A DNA stretch of 64,000 nucleotides, from positions 55,056,001 to 55,120,000 of the forward strand of contig NC_042999.1 of the NCBI RefSeq assembly GCF_006345805.1, read 5' to 3'. Positions 62,981 to 64,000 of the stretch are shown one piece after another. The position numbers and the translations under genes are program-made. The notes beneath the pieces were generated by a model, which worked only from the letters and a program-made list of their open reading frames with translations, was not told the DNA's origin and searched no databases. Within the stretch, counting starts at the first letter, position 1, and the number at the start of each line of letters is the position of its first letter. Origin of the DNA: Octopus sinensis. Taxonomy: Eukaryota.

Positions 62981-63395
62981 GCGAGTTGGCAGAATCGTTA
63001 GCACGCCGGACGAAATGCTTAGTGGTATTTCGTCTGACGTTACGTTCTGAGTTCAAATTCCGCCGAGGTCGACTTTGCCTTTTATCCTTTCGGGGTCGAT
63101 TAAATAAGTACCAGTTAAATCACTTGGGTCGATATAATCGACTTAAACCGTTCGTCTGTCCTTGTTTGTCCCTTCTGTTTTTAGCCCCTTGTGGGTATTA
63201 AAGAAATAAGTATTTCGTCAGCCGCTACATTCTGAGTTCAAATTCCGTCGAGGTCGACTTTCCCTTTCATCCTTTCGGGGTCGATTAAATAAGTACCAGT
63301 TAAATCACTGGGGTCGATATAATCGACTTAATCCGTTAGTCTGTTTTGTTTGTCACTTTTGTGTTTAGCACCTTGTGGGTAGTAAAGAAATAAGT
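62981..63395 (+). mobile_element. SINE family A with duplicated body module
   Basis: Two complete gagttcaaattcc..tttagc.ccttgtgggta.taaagaaataagta modules. Confidence 0.88.
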
Positions 63396-63510
63396 ATATA
63401 TAGTGTGTTAGCGGAGATTAAAGAACTCACACAAACCAATGTATTATAAATGTAGAAACTAAATATACATATCCACATATATAATATAGAGATGGATAAA
63501 TCCGTGTGTG

Positions 63511-63547
<37 letters not shown>

Positions 63548-63584
63548 CACTCATATGTGTATCTATATATGTATGTATGTATGT

Positions 63585-63937
63585 CTTAAGGCTGGATCAT
63601 GCGCGGGGACATTGAAATAATCGGACTGAATACCCGATCGTGCGGTAAACCATTGGGAGCGTAGGACTCCTAGCCTTTGTTAGGGCATCCTTCTAGGAGA
63701 AGGTAACTCAGGTAACTGGGATAACTCCGATATAAAAACCTGCGGCTCAGTGGTTACCGATGATGTTGACTTGTTCTTCTTTTCGGATTATGGCTGCTGT
63801 TGCTTAGTGAGTGGGATTGACTCAGTGCACAGCCTTTCCCCACTTTAAAAAAAATCTTCTTGCACAGGCATTGCACGATAACAACATTGATTAAGCTTCG
63901 TGCAATGGCCATACTCGATCACGAGGGGGCAGCCACT
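63585..63937 (+). repeat. Unclassified retroposon fragment (RTE 5'UTR-like), flanked by (TATG)n
   Basis: ggagaaggtaactcaggtaactgggataactccgatataaaaacc resembles RTE-type 5' regions; recognition only. Confidence 0.35.
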
Positions 63938-64000
63938 TATGTATGTATGTATGTATGTATGTATGTATGTATGTATGTGTGGAGTGGAGTGAAAGCGTTT

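Overview
Gene-poor, AT-rich animal genomic DNA made almost entirely of transposon relics and simple repeats. The SINE families and overall landscape look like an octopus (coleoid cephalopod) genome; this is pattern recognition, not a database result. There is one 100-N gap, no intact gene and no CRISPR, and most ORFs in the track are microsatellite translations. Recognisable coding relics are a Penelope-like RT/GIY-YIG fragment, CR1/Jockey-group LINE fragments, R4/Dong-like RLE LINE fragments, a 3-kb 5'-truncated Tx1/L1-clade LINE with a 12-bp TSD, a Buster/Charlie-type hAT transposase and mariner pieces. There are also several MITE/foldback elements and about 30 tRNA-derived SINE copies from at least five families. 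The most striking unexplained layer is a dozen or so minimal type-I hammerhead-ribozyme-like motifs from several unrelated short elements, mostly embedded in (TA)n. They include a unit-length ~200-bp family present four times, and many carry non-canonical cores (CCGA, CUGUCGA) with palindromic stem III. A second theme is apparent microsatellite targeting: the Tx1 LINE at (ATCT)n, the R4-like LINE at (CATA)n, and the ribozyme elements at (TA)n. One candidate host exon (58472-58654, minus strand) and one unidentified decayed reading frame (13292-14047) remain unassigned.
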